64,000 nucleotides of DNA from Chlamydiia bacterium (GCA_963804085.1 CAWDOQ010000002.1:96001-160000), one strand, 5' to 3'. Shown: positions 39,459 through 50,500, numbered from the stretch's first letter. Numbers and translations are program-made. Notes: generated by a model not told the origin, from the letters alone.

Positions 39459-41515
39459 ATGAGAGTTCCTTTATCCTGGTTAAGAGAATTTTTAGAAATT
39501 GACCTGTCGACAGACGAGATCGCAGAGACCTTTACTCTTGCGGGCTTGGAGGTAGAAAAGGTCGATACCTCTACTATTGTCGGCGACACTATTTTCGACA
39601 TTGCGCTCACCCCCAATCTGGGGCACTGCATGAGCATTTTGGGAGTCGCACGCGAGCTGGCTGCCCTTAAAAATCTTTCGGTCAAAAAAAAGAAGATCGC
39701 GCTTATTGAGGATCCTGCGCACACGATCGACAAAATGATCGCAGTGGAGATCCAAGACAAGGAACAATGCTTTCGCTATGCCTGCCGGATCGTGACAAAT
39801 GTGAAAGTGCAGGACTCTCCCGCCTGGCTTAAAAATCGTCTGGAGGCAGCGGGCCTTCGCAGCATCAATAATGTTGTTGATGTTACAAATTTTGTTATGT
39901 TGGAGTATGGCCAGCCGCTCCACGCTTTCGATTATGCGCATATCGCAGGCAAAAAGATCCGCGTGAGCGCAAAAACCGGCTACACCTCCTTTACAACTCT
40001 TGATGACAAGCTCTGTCCTCTTGCTTCCGGAATGCTTCTTATCGCCGATGAAAAAAAGCCGCTCGCTCTTGCAGGAGTCATGGGCGGAAAAGAGGCGATG
40101 GTGACAGACAAAACTAATACAGTTCTTTTAGAATCAGCCTTCTTCTCACCGAGCGCCGTCCGCAAAGCGAGCAAAATTTCGGGAATAAGAACAGACTCTT
40201 CGCAGCGCTTCGAAAAAGGGGTCGATCCGGAAGCGGTCATGCTCGCTTTAGATCGCGCCGCCTCTCTTTTGCAAGAGATCTCTCCCAATGCTCTAGTAGT
40301 AAAAGGGGCAATCGATCACGCCACGCGCTCTTTTGCAAGAAGTGGGATTACCTGTCGAGTGCCCCGCACCAATCGTCTTCTAGGAACTCAACTTAGTTTG
40401 CGCGAAATCGTCGGCATTTTCGAAAGGCTTGAGATCCGCATCACGAGAGAGGAGGCCGAACTCGTACATCTCATCCCCCCCTCTTACCGAAATGATCTAC
40501 AAACCGAGATCGATCTGATCGAAGAGGTGGCTCGCATCTATGGATTTAACAATATCTTCTCTAAAAAACATCCACGCCATGTCTCCTCTACTATCGATCC
40601 TGCTCCCCTTTATCTTATGGAAAAAGCGGTAAGAGAGCAGCTTTTGGGAGAAGGGTTGCAAGAGTGCATCACTTGCAATCTGATCAGCCCCACTCTTGCC
40701 GAGCTTACACAAGAGCGGCAAGACAAAAATCCCTGATCTCTGTTTTACACCCTGCATCGATCGACCAGTCGGTGCTGCGCCTCTCTCTTCTACCAGGCCT
40801 CCTCCAGATGGTGAAAAACAATAGCGATCGCATGAATAAAAATGTGAGCGCCTTTGAAATTGGAAAGATCCATTTTAAAGAGCAAGAGCAGTACATAGAG
40901 CAGACTATGGCAGCAATCATTTGCACCGGCCTTAGCCGCCCCTACCATTGGGACCCTAAACCTAAAGAGCCCGACTTCTTTGATCTCAAAGGCAAAGTAG
41001 AAAATCTACTGCTGGCGTTTAGCATAGAGGGAGCATCTTTTGAAACGGCCCACCTGCACAACTTCCATCCAGGCAGACAAGCTCGCATCAAAGTGGGCGA
41101 CGTATATCTTGGAGCCTTGGGCGAGGTCCACCCCCTTCATACTGCAGCTTTAGGCATCACAGCGCGCGTCCAATTTTGCGAACTTAACTTGCACGATCTC
41201 ATGCTGTTAAGAAAAAAGAGAGAGAAGGTAGAAGAGCTCTCCGCCTATCCAGGTTCAGAGCGCGATTGGACCCTGTCTGTAAAAGAGGATTTGGCAGCAG
41301 GAGAGATCTTGCACTGGATCCAAGAGGTCCCCTCTCCTGTTTTAGAAAGGGTGATTCTTCTTGATATCTACCAGGTAGCAAAAGAGAAAAAAAATATCAC
41401 ATTCCGCCTCTTTTATCGAGACAAAGAGAAGACGATTTCTCAAGAGCGCGTCGAGAGCGAACATGCAAAAATCACACAAGAAGTAGCAAAAAAGGCGCAG
41501 GATAGTTTAGTATGA
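39459..41515 (+). CDS. pheT: Phenylalanine-tRNA ligase beta subunit (frameshift in A-run at 40725-40729)
   Basis: MRVPLSWL, INNVVDVTN, GQPLHAFD, RFEKGVD, DLIEEVARIYG, LRLSLLPGLL, anticodon-binding C-terminus. Confidence 0.95.
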
Positions 41516-41551
41516 CGCTTAAATATCATTTATCTGATTAAGGGGTCTCTC

Positions 41552-42550
41552 ATGAAAATGAAAGTTTATTCAGTGCTGGGAGCGCTTACTGTTCTCCTCT
41601 GCGGTTGCCAAAAAAATAAAAAAGAAGACGAGGTTATCTCCGAGCGCTACATCCACAAGTATGGGTACGCTATATCCAAAGAGGAGTGGAACGCTAAAAA
41701 TTATCCAGGACAGGTGATCACCAATTTGAGAAACGGTGTCACTGTCACTGCCACTTATGAAAATGGTGTGCTCCACGGTCCTTGCACACATACCTATGCT
41801 CATAGTCAAACCGTCGAATCCTACTACCTCTACAACCAGGGCAATCTGGTTAAAGAGATCGTATACGACATCAAAGGCATGCCGACTCGCGAAAGAGTGC
41901 AGCTCTCTCCGACACGTTTTGCTCTCACTTTCTGGTATGGAAATGGCTGCCCTATGTCCACAGAAGAGTACGCTAACGAAGAGCTGCTAGAAGGCCAATA
42001 CTTCACCGTGCAGAACGAGATCGAAGCACGTGTAGAAAAGGGTTCCGGCAAACGCATTCGCAGAGACCAAAAAGGCACTCTCCTCGCTATCGAAGAGATC
42101 GAGCAGGGATATATGAGCAAACAGGAGTCCTTCTTTGCTAACGGCGCTCCAGAGAGCATCTCTCACTTTTCTAAAGGCAAACTCCATGGAGAGAAAAAGT
42201 TATTCACTCAAACAGGCGAACCTATTGCTGTAGAAGAGTGGATTGACGGCAAGCTACATGGCAAATCGACCTACTACAAAAACGGTGTTAAAGTTTTAGA
42301 GATCTCCTATCTCGCCGGCCAAAAAGAGGGTTTCGAAACCCATTTTGGCGACGGAAATACGATCTCCCAGCAGATCAAATGGGAGAACAATATCAAGCAT
42401 GGACCTGCCATCTTCTACTTCAACAACATCGCGCAAACAGAGTACTTCTACAACGGCGAGAAGGTCTCTAAAGAGACTTATGAAGAGCGACTCGCTTTTG
42501 ATGAGGTGATCTCTCAAATCGCCGATGAGGTCCGCGTATCCAATCAGTAA
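41552..42550 (+). CDS. MORN-variant/YwqK-like repeat lipoprotein (CT476-like)
   Basis: LLCGC lipobox; repeated G.LHG..Y.NG motifs. Confidence 0.8.
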   Translation: MKMKVYSVLGALTVLLCGCQKNKKEDEVISERYIHKYGYAISKEEWNAKNYPGQVITNLRNGVTVTATYENGVLHGPCTHTYAHSQTVESYYLYNQGNLVKEIVYDIKGMPTRERVQLSPTRFALTFWYGNGCPMSTEEYANEELLEGQYFTVQNEIEARVEKGSGKRIRRDQKGTLLAIEEIEQGYMSKQESFFANGAPESISHFSKGKLHGEKKLFTQTGEPIAVEEWIDGKLHGKSTYYKNGVKVLEISYLAGQKEGFETHFGDGNTISQQIKWENNIKHGPAIFYFNNIAQTEYFYNGEKVSKETYEERLAFDEVISQIADEVRVSNQ

Positions 42551-42570
42551 AGATTGCCAGCGCGCCTCTC

Positions 42571-43086
42571 TTGCAAGTGAAGGTGCGCATCCAAAATGGC
42601 AAAATTGTAAAAGTCGACCTTGCGCCCTCTTTATCCAAAGAGGGCTTTTTTATTACCTTCTTGGAAGAGAAGAGCGACGAGGTGATCGCTTGGCTAAAAG
42701 CCTATGCCCAGAAGAAACAGCCTACCGTCCGCCTTTCTTTTGGAGATTCCTCTACCCCTTTTTACTCTGAAGTGTTGCAAGCCTTGCAAAAGATCCCTTT
42801 GGGGAGTGTGACAACCTACCAGAAAGTAGCAAAACAAGTCGGAAGGCCCCTAGCTTGCCGAGCAGTAGGCAATGCTTGCCGAGTCAATCCTTTCCCTCTC
42901 TTCATTCCCTGCCACCGCGTCCTTGCCTCCGATGGCTCTCTTGGTGGATTTGCTTATGGGGTGGCCTTCAAGAAAATGCTCCTCTCTTTTGAAGACGCGC
43001 CCGCATCCGCGCCCGCATGCGCGCCCGAAATTAATCCGGATCGGGCGCGCACGCGGGCGCGGATGCGGGCGCGTAAGGAAATTTAG
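42571..43086 (+). CDS. ogt: Methylated-DNA--protein-cysteine methyltransferase
   Basis: RAVG, IPCHRV active site; C-terminus read through a palindrome. Confidence 0.92.
   Translation: MQVKVRIQNGKIVKVDLAPSLSKEGFFITFLEEKSDEVIAWLKAYAQKKQPTVRLSFGDSSTPFYSEVLQALQKIPLGSVTTYQKVAKQVGRPLACRAVGNACRVNPFPLFIPCHRVLASDGSLGGFAYGVAFKKMLLSFEDAPASAPACAPEINPDRARTRARMRARKEI
42995..43074. repeat. Hexamer-armed palindrome inside the ogt 3' end
   Basis: GCGCCC subtype, translated APASAPACAPEINPDRARTRARMRAR. Confidence 0.95.
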
Positions 43087-43283
43087 GAACCCTCTGCAAT
43101 CTGCTCCTGCGCAAAAGGAAGAAGTTCCCCTTCAATCTTTTCCTGGCGCAGCTCGCCTAAGGTCTCCTCTCCCTCCTCCTGATCCTCTAATAGGGCTAAA
43201 TTCTCCCAATCGGATTTCTCCTCTTCTTTCTCCTGACAGCCGCCTAGCAAAAGAAGCAGTAAAAGAGCACTGATTCTGTACAT
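43083..43283 (-). CDS. Small acidic lipoprotein
   Basis: MYRISALLLLLLLGGC lipobox; AAGGTGG RBS. Confidence 0.65.
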   Translation of the reverse strand: MYRISALLLLLLLGGCQEKEEEKSDWENLALLEDQEEGEETLGELRQEKIEGELLPFAQEQIAEGS

Positions 43284-43316
43284 AAAACCACCTTTTTTAG
43301 TCTTCTTTTGCAATTT

Positions 43317-43332
43317 TGGCACACTTTTCGCA
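43317..43332 (+). promoter_or_regulatory. Sigma-54 (-24/-12) promoter
   Basis: TGGCAC-ACTTT-TCGCA with correct GG/GC spacing, 40 bp before a small ORF. Confidence 0.65.
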
Positions 43333-43371
43333 TTTACAATAATAAAGAAATTTATTTATGAGGAGGTTTAT

Positions 43372-43548
43372 ATGGAAAAAGAAGAGTTACTCAAGAGAAT
43401 CTCAGAGCTAGAGTCGTTTAATGACCAACTTCTCTCCGAAATACGCTATTTAGACCGCCTTCTCAAAGAGGTGGGTTTCGAAGAGGGCTTAAAGACACTT
43501 AAATTTGCCGCAGAAGAGCTGATCGAGCAGGATAAGGAACTCGAGTAA
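43372..43548 (+). CDS. 58-aa conserved chlamydial protein (CT652.1-like); not in the ORF track
   Basis: AGGAGG RBS; MEKEELLKRISELESFNDQLLSEIRYLDRLLKEVGFEEGLKTLKFAAEELI. Confidence 0.8.
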   Translation: MEKEELLKRISELESFNDQLLSEIRYLDRLLKEVGFEEGLKTLKFAAEELIEQDKELE

Positions 43549-43554
43549 TACCAT

Positions 43555-44499
43555 CTACTCTTGCGTAGAGTAGTGGTACCACTTGCGAAAGGGTTTAGGC
43601 TGCTCAGTTTTGATGAAGGGGCGAAGGCGAGGAGCGTTCTGGCAAGAGGCCTCGCAACACCCCTGCATCTTCTCGGCACAATCTATGCAAGAGAGGAAGA
43701 GCGCATTGCAGTCCATATTGGCGCAATTGTAATAGGTATCGGAACTCTTTTGGCAATGAGAGCACTTGCTGATGGCAAGAGCTGGCTCCTTTTCGCTGAT
43801 AGGCACAGCAAGCCGGTCGTCAAAGACAAAGAGTTTACCACGCCAATGGGAGCTGCCCTCTTTTAAGCCATAGTTGATAATCCCCCCCTCGAGCTGATAG
43901 ACCTGCTCAAACCCCTCTTTTTTCAATAGAGCGGAATAGAGCTCGCACCGGATTCCTCCTGTGCAGTACATCATCACTTTTGTCTTTTCTGGAGGATGAT
44001 CTGCTTTTAGTTTTTGGGCAAAATCCGGAAATTCACGGAACATCTCCAATTTGGGAAGGGCCGCCCCTTCAAAGTGGCCGATCTCCCATTCATAGTCGTT
44101 TCGTACATCTAGGAGGAGCGTTTCAGGATCTTTCTTCTCGAGCATCTCTCTCCATTTTTGCGGGGTGAGATACTCTCCTCTCTTATCCATATCCACAGAT
44201 AGATCGAGGGCGACGAGCTCTTTTCGGGTTTTAATCGTCATGCGCGGAAAGACATGCTCAGGATAGCGGTGGATCTTAAAGGCTATCTCTTTGAAGCGAG
44301 GGTCCTCCTTCATCCACTGCATGTAGGCGTCAGCATCCGCAGGAGAGGCACTTATCTGTCCGTTAATCCCCTGCTCTGAGATATAGATACGTCCCTTAGC
44401 ATCTCTTTTTTGAAAAAAAGCGTGATGTCTTTGGACCTCTTTTTGAGGCTCTTCGACCTTCGTAAAAAAATAGTAAGCTAGGACAAAATACTGCTCCAT
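43555..44499 (-). CDS. trhO: Rhodanese-domain tRNA U34 hydroxylase
   Basis: GRIYIS.QGINGQ, DVRNDYE..IGHF, MYCTGGIRCE, FVFDDR. Confidence 0.92.
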   Translation of the reverse strand: MEQYFVLAYYFFTKVEEPQKEVQRHHAFFQKRDAKGRIYISEQGINGQISASPADADAYMQWMKEDPRFKEIAFKIHRYPEHVFPRMTIKTRKELVALDLSVDMDKRGEYLTPQKWREMLEKKDPETLLLDVRNDYEWEIGHFEGAALPKLEMFREFPDFAQKLKADHPPEKTKVMMYCTGGIRCELYSALLKKEGFEQVYQLEGGIINYGLKEGSSHWRGKLFVFDDRLAVPISEKEPALAISKCSHCQKSSDTYYNCANMDCNALFLSCIDCAEKMQGCCEASCQNAPRLRPFIKTEQPKPFRKWYHYSTQE

Positions 44500-44609
44500 G
44501 AGAAGAAAAAATAGAGAGATCCTGAACAAAAAGCAAATTTAAAAAAATCTTAATCTATAAGAAAGAATTTTTCTACCACAGAGAGCTCGATAGGACAGAC
44601 TGTGTTGTA

Positions 44610-44692
44610 TTTCTTTAACGTGCCCGTGCCCGTGTGCGTGCCCGATCCGGATTAATTCGGGCACGGGCACGCACACGGGCACGTTAAAGAAA
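44610..44692. repeat. Hexamer-armed palindrome (GTGCCC subtype)
   Basis: TTTCTTTAAC-arm-GATCCGGATTAATTC-arm-GTTAAAGAAA. Confidence 0.95.
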
Positions 44693-44795
44693 GAATTGCT
44701 CTTCATGCTTTCTTCTTCTCTTGTCTAAAATTCTTGTCTAAAAATTAAGAGTGTACTAGCATCTATCCCTTTATAGCTTATGAGGAGACTTTGAA

Positions 44796-45416
44796 ATGAC
44801 CCGCTACACTGGCCCCAAAAATCGCATCGCACGTCGCTTTGGAGCAAATATTTTCGGAAGAGCACGTAACCCTATGCTGCACAAGGCAAACCCTCCCGGC
44901 CAGCATGGCGCAAAGCGCAAAAAGAAATCTGACTTTGGCATACAGCTCGAAGAGAAGCAAAAACTCAAAGCGATCTATGGAATGCTCAGCACGAGACAGC
45001 TCGTCCTCTACTATCAACAAGCGGCTCGTTCCAAAATCAACACGACACACATTTTCATCCAAAAGCTCGAGTGCCGTTTAGACAACATCGTCTACCGCCT
45101 CAAATTTGCGTCTACCATTTTTGGAGCACAACAGCTCGTCTCCCACGGACACATTTTAGTGAATGGAAAAAAAGTGGATCGCAGATCTTTTCAAGTACGT
45201 CCTGGCATGGTGATCTCTGTGAAACCCAAGTCTCAATCAATGCCTGCGATTAAGCAATCTCTGGAAAACAACGCACAAGCTACGCCTGAATATGTATCTT
45301 TAGATGTGACAAAGTTTTCAGGAGAGCTGCTTGTTGTACCTGCTCTCGACCAAATTCCGCTTCCTCTACCGATCAACATTCCGATGGTCTGCGAGTTCTT
45401 AGCGCACTCTAATTAA
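44796..45416 (+). CDS. rpsD: 30S ribosomal protein S4
   Basis: [35 protein letters not shown]. Confidence 0.98.
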   Translation: MTRYTGPKNRIARRFGANIFGRARNPMLHKANPPGQHGAKRKKKSDFGIQLEEKQKLKAIYGMLSTRQLVLYYQQAARSKINTTHIFIQKLECRLDNIVYRLKFASTIFGAQQLVSHGHILVNGKKVDRRSFQVRPGMVISVKPKSQSMPAIKQSLENNAQATPEYVSLDVTKFSGELLVVPALDQIPLPLPINIPMVCEFLAHSN

Positions 45417-45422
45417 TAAGAG

Positions 45423-45476
45423 AGAGCCAGTTTGCAACCGGCTCTAAAGCCAGTTGCAAACTGGCTCTTGCTTTTT
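45423..45476 (+). terminator. Palindrome of fused AGAGCC(A/G)GTTGCAAA ends; probable rpsD terminator
   Basis: 16-bp perfect arms 45423-45438 / 45453-45468, followed by TGCTTTTT. Confidence 0.7.
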
Positions 45477-45531
45477 ATCCTTTCTTGTTGTTTCTTTAAT
45501 GCTAACTTAAAAATTTTCTTTTGGCGGAGCT

Positions 45532-46932
45532 ATGTCAGCAACACAAGCTGCAAGCACAAATTCTTCTAGTTTAACTAGGTATCCCACTGCAAGCTTACGT
45601 GAGCTCGTCAGTTTGTCGATTCCGCTCGTTCTGATGCTTTTTTCAAGCAGCTTCATGGGCTTTTGCAGTCGGCTTTTTTTAGCACACCACTCTCTAGAAG
45701 CTCTGGAAGCCTGTGCGAGCGCTGTCTATCTGACCATGATGTTCCAGCTCCCTTGTATGCGCGTTACGAGTATGGCGCAGATATTTGTCGGCATGCACAA
45801 AGGGGCGGGCCAAAACTCTCTTATCGGACCTTGTATCTGGCAGATGATCTGGTTCTCTCTCTTCTCCATGCTCATCACTCTTCCTTTGGGCAATTTTGCC
45901 GGCTCCTTCTTTTTGCAAGGACTCTCCGTAGAAAAACCTGCGATGATCTACTTCCAATCTCTGATGTGGGGTAACTTTCTCTTTCCTCTTGGCGCGGCTC
46001 TTGCTGCATTTTATATAGGCCAGGGAAAAACCAAGACGCTCTTTATTGCAATGGCCGCCTCGCATGCAATGAACATCCTACTCGATTACCTTCTAATCTT
46101 TGGGGTAGAAGGAGTAGTGCCATCTATGGGAATTCGAGGCGCTGCAATTGCAACACTCTCCGCACAAGCATTCTTTTGCAGCATTCTGCTCTTCCTTTTT
46201 TTAAATAAAAGTGCACGCGAAACTTTTAATACGGATAAATTTGCGCTTAAATGGAAAACCTTTTGGAGTTACGTACAGCTCAGCATTCCACGCGCCATTG
46301 CACGGATGATCCTGCTCATCTCTTGGTGTGCGACTGCTCGAATCATCACACTTAAAGGAGGCGATTTTCTGGTTGTTCTTTCAGTGGGAAGCAGCTTATT
46401 TCTTCTGTTTTCTTTTATAAACGAAGGAATGGGGCAAGCGATGATGACTGTTGCATCCCGTTTGATAGGAGCTAAACAATACTCCTCTCTACAAAAGCTC
46501 ACGCGTTCTGCATTTACTTTTCTTGCGCTGTCTATGATGGTTTTAACGATTCCATTTATCTTTTTTCCCAAAATCATACTCTCTTTTTTCTTTGTCACTT
46601 CCCCCTCTGTAGAGACGCTTGCTATCTTAGAACAATCTTGTCTCTGGCTCTGGGTGGCTGTACTCTGCAACGGGATAAATATGATTGGGTTTAGCTTAAT
46701 CACTTCTGCTTGCGACACGGTGTTTCACATGATTGCCAACAGCTTTGTCTGGCTCACCTGTTATCTTCCCGTCTATCTGGCTTTTAAAGTGGGAAGTTGG
46801 CCTGCAGATAAGATCTGGCTTCTGATCGCATTAGATGGGCTCGTTATTGGCATTGGTCTTCTCTTCAGGGCTTACCGAAACCACTCCAAGCCAGAACCCT
46901 ATGAGAAATGCCATTCTAATTTAGATGTATAA
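45532..46932 (+). CDS. MATE family efflux transporter
   Basis: About 12 hydrophobic segments; NILLDYLLIFG..PSMGIRGAAIAT. Confidence 0.92.
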   Translation: MSATQAASTNSSSLTRYPTASLRELVSLSIPLVLMLFSSSFMGFCSRLFLAHHSLEALEACASAVYLTMMFQLPCMRVTSMAQIFVGMHKGAGQNSLIGPCIWQMIWFSLFSMLITLPLGNFAGSFFLQGLSVEKPAMIYFQSLMWGNFLFPLGAALAAFYIGQGKTKTLFIAMAASHAMNILLDYLLIFGVEGVVPSMGIRGAAIATLSAQAFFCSILLFLFLNKSARETFNTDKFALKWKTFWSYVQLSIPRAIARMILLISWCATARIITLKGGDFLVVLSVGSSLFLLFSFINEGMGQAMMTVASRLIGAKQYSSLQKLTRSAFTFLALSMMVLTIPFIFFPKIILSFFFVTSPSVETLAILEQSCLWLWVAVLCNGINMIGFSLITSACDTVFHMIANSFVWLTCYLPVYLAFKVGSWPADKIWLLIALDGLVIGIGLLFRAYRNHSKPEPYEKCHSNLDV

Positions 46933-46937
46933 AGAAC

Positions 46938-46986
46938 AGGCATGCACCAGCTCTCCATACGGAGGGCTGATGCACATGCCTTTATT
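46938..46986. terminator. Hairpin between convergent MATE and SH2 genes
   Basis: AGGCATG..CAGCTCTCC-ATAC-GGAGGGCTG..CATGCCT followed by a T-run. Confidence 0.6.
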
Positions 46987-46997
46987 AGATGTGCGTA

Positions 46998-47384
46998 TTA
47001 GAAAGAGAAGGCAAATTTTGTATTGCCAACAGGTCTACATTGATCAACGGAGCAATGAAGAGCTACTGGGATAAGATCTTCTAATGTCTCTCGAACAGTA
47101 GCTGTTCCGTTGCGATAGATCCATCCCTTTGCAGAGAGTTCTATCTTTACCATTTTATGATGAACCGATCCATCCACATCCACATAAGAAAGAAAGTAGT
47201 GATACATATCTTTCCCGGGACGCAATAGATAGGTATAGGTCATCTCACTATTCAGCATTCTCTCCGCTGCTATCTCATCTGTTTTGTCGTTCCATGCTGA
47301 GTGATACTTGATCTCTTTGACCTTTTGCATAACCCAAGACATCTCAGAAAATGAGAGGGCGTTTTTGCTCAGAAAGCCTGACAT
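46998..47384 (-). CDS. Stand-alone SH2-domain protein
   Basis: AW....D...AERML....TYLLRPG....YFLSY....VHHK..I..GW..N..TLEDLI; GGAGG RBS. Confidence 0.75.
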   Translation of the reverse strand: MSGFLSKNALSFSEMSWVMQKVKEIKYHSAWNDKTDEIAAERMLNSEMTYTYLLRPGKDMYHYFLSYVDVDGSVHHKMVKIELSAKGWIYRNGTATVRETLEDLIPVALHCSVDQCRPVGNTKFAFSF

Positions 47385-47555
47385 AATTACCTCCAAATTA
47401 AGATCATTTAAACCTCTTCGTCATCTTGGGTTGCTTTTTACAACCCAGGCTACCGAAGTATCTTCTACCGATCCGTGTGCTATTTATGCACATAGGTCGG
47501 TAAAGAATTGGTAAGGATTATGTGATTTAAAATTTAAAATGCAAGAAAAATTTTT

Positions 47556-50500
47556 TCAGGGAGTTTTTGTGATGGAAGCCGTTGCAAAATCAAATAGGCC
47601 TAACTGATGGTTCACTGCAATTTTTAGGTGTTTTTTCTTTTTAAACTCTTGAACTTCATAGAAAATAGGGACCACTGGCATCTCGCGTAGCAGTATAGCC
47701 TCGGCATGCTTCAGATGTTCTTTATGTTTCTCGCTGTCAGGCTCTTGGTCAGCTGCATCTAAAATTTTTTGGTACTCCTCATTTTCCCACTTTGCAAAGT
47801 TAACCCTTTCCGATGAGTAGCGGAAGGCATTTAAAGTATAAATCGGATCATTGACAAACGCTTTCCAGTTCATGTTTCCTAACTGGTAATCTCCCTGTGT
47901 CATTCTATCAAAAACAACATTCCATTCATGCCCTTCTATATTGCACGTAATCCCAAACAATTTTTCCCATTGATCTTTGAGTAAACGGGCTACATTGTCT
48001 CGCGTTTCTCCATTTGCATAGAGCATGGTAATGACGGGAAACTTCTTTCGCGTAAGGCCGAGCTCTTTTAGAGCTTCCTCAAATAGCTGAAGAGCGTATT
48101 CTTTATCCCCATCTTGAATCCCCTGCTCTAAATGAAATGTATGTGCAAGCGGTAGAGGAGTTAGAGCAGCGGAACCATGATATTTGAACTTTTCAAGCAT
48201 CTGTTTACGATTAATTGCATACGCAAAGGCGCGCCGAAGTTTAACATTAGTAAAAGGAAAGCGCTTTACGTTGAAAACATACCAAAAAATACGCGGGACG
48301 GAAGTAAACTCCATCTTCTCTTCGCAGCCACCTTCAAATGTAGAATCCCAAGGATACAATGGTCTTCCCAACCAGTCGATCTCATTATTTTTAAACATCT
48401 GTAAAACAGTGTAGGAATTATCCTGAAAAACAAGAACTTGATCTAGCTGGATCTTTTCTATGTGCCAGTAGAGAGGATTTTTAGTAAGTTCATAGCGGGT
48501 GGAACGTTTCTTTTGTAACTGAAATGGGCCATTGCAAACATATCCTTGTCCTTCCTGTGCAGCCCAATTGGGATGAATTTTATCCACCGTATGATTAACC
48601 GGAGAATAAAGAGTAAATGCGGTTAGCTCCAAAAAATAGGGTGTTGGATGCTCTAATTCGACATATAAGGTATTGTAATCCAGCGCCTTTACTTGCACTG
48701 CATCCAAAGAAATTTTTCCCTCTTTCGCACTTTTGGCATTTTTAATTGGATAAAAGAGATATCCAAAAGGGGTGACAAAGTCTGGCGACAAGATCTTTTT
48801 CCAAGCATACTCAAAATCATAAGCTGTTACTTTGTCGCCATTGGACCAGAGGCTATCACGCAATTTAAAGGTATAGCATTTTTGATCGCTCGAAATTTCA
48901 AATGACTTGGCAAGAGCACAGACAGGTTTTCCCTCTTTTCCCATACGCATAAGACCCTCAAATAGCAGCTCAAGAATATTTTTTGAGTTCTCATCTCCTC
49001 CAATTCTGGGATCAAGAGAGAGGGGAAAATAGATATAACCTAAGCGCAGGACTTGTAGGCTTTTTAATTTTTGCAGCCACTCTTCGATTCCGCTCTGAAT
49101 CGCCTCGAGAAAACGGCGCTGCAGCTGTTGATCTGAGCTTCCATAAATATAGCCGATGCAATGGGAGCTTTCGACCTCCACATTTGTCGAGACAAGCGAT
49201 TTGGGAAAGATCTCTAAAAGGCTTAAGTGACGGACAATCGCTTCTTTGAAGGAGGCTTCTCGTGCACGGATGAGCACAAACACGTTGGTCTCTTTCTGCT
49301 GTATTTTTAAACAGTAGCTCTCGCGTTTGGTCAGTGGTGTCTCGATGCTCTCTAAAAAGAGGCGGAAAAGGGTTTGCAGCTGCTCTAATGGGAGTGTCGC
49401 CTGCATTTCAATCGGGCTGATGGAATAGAAAAAGTTCTCAAGCAAGTCGGGATAACGGTTTGAGACGTAGGAAAAGACCTGCTTAAATTCTGAAAACTGT
49501 TCGACTTGTCTCAAAATCATCCCGCCGTTGTAGTCGCGCACGTCTCCTAAGGCGCGATTTAACATCTCGATCACTTTTTGGCGTGCAAGATAAAAATTGA
49601 GTGAGGAATCTGCGCGCAAATATTCGGGCTGCTTGGCGATTCTCAAAGAGAAGACGTTTGCCTCCTTCGGATATTTTTTGCGCAAATAACCGACGATCTG
49701 CACACGTTCGGAAGTAAACTCTGCTTCGATCTCGGCATTTTGGAAAAGCTTGTCCAAAGATTCGTTCTTCTCTCGCAGAACACGCACAAGGGTAATGACA
49801 AAAAGAAAATCTGTTGCTGTCTGCTGTTCTAAAGAGATCATGAGTTGAGGGAGGTCTGAAGAGTATTTCACCTCTTGGCTGAGAAGCAAAATGTTCTTCA
49901 TGATCTCCTCTTCGTTACGTATCATGAAGACAGCAGGAATGAGCTTTTCTACGCTTGCTTTGAGTTCGTTTGAAAGAAACTGCTTGATCACCTTTCTCTC
50001 TTGAAGAGAGAAGGAGGAGCCATCTCTCTTTTCAATCTCGAGATAGACCTTACGGATCATCTCTTGAGGCCCTTGATAGGCATAAAAAGAGCCTTTGACT
50101 GCCTGCGCACTGGGGATCAATTTTTGCACTGCGAGCAGCACGTGCTTCTCTTCAAAAAACTCATATTTATCGAATAGACAGATACCCAAAATAAGTCCGA
50201 GCACAGGCTTTGTTCCAAAAGCAAAGTGCAAACGCGTCTGCGCAATGCGCAGCTGCAGGTGCCGCTCTTGAGGAAAGCGAGCTGCCTCGCGAGCTAAGCT
50301 TTTGCGTATCACATGGTGAGCACAGAGCAATTTGGTGATGTGGCGTTGCGACCTTCCCTGCATAAATTCTCGTTCGGACAGCGCGAGAAATCGGCTCATC
50401 TCTAAAAAGATCGTGCGATCGAATATGTGCGGGAATTTCTGAATAACACGGATAAGCTCTTGGTGAATCAATGTCGCTTTTGTGTCAGAAGAGAGGGCCT

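Noticed and set aside
44719-44745. TCTTGTCTAAAA tandem duplication before rpsD
   Set aside because: Short duplication of a probable -35 region; no further support.
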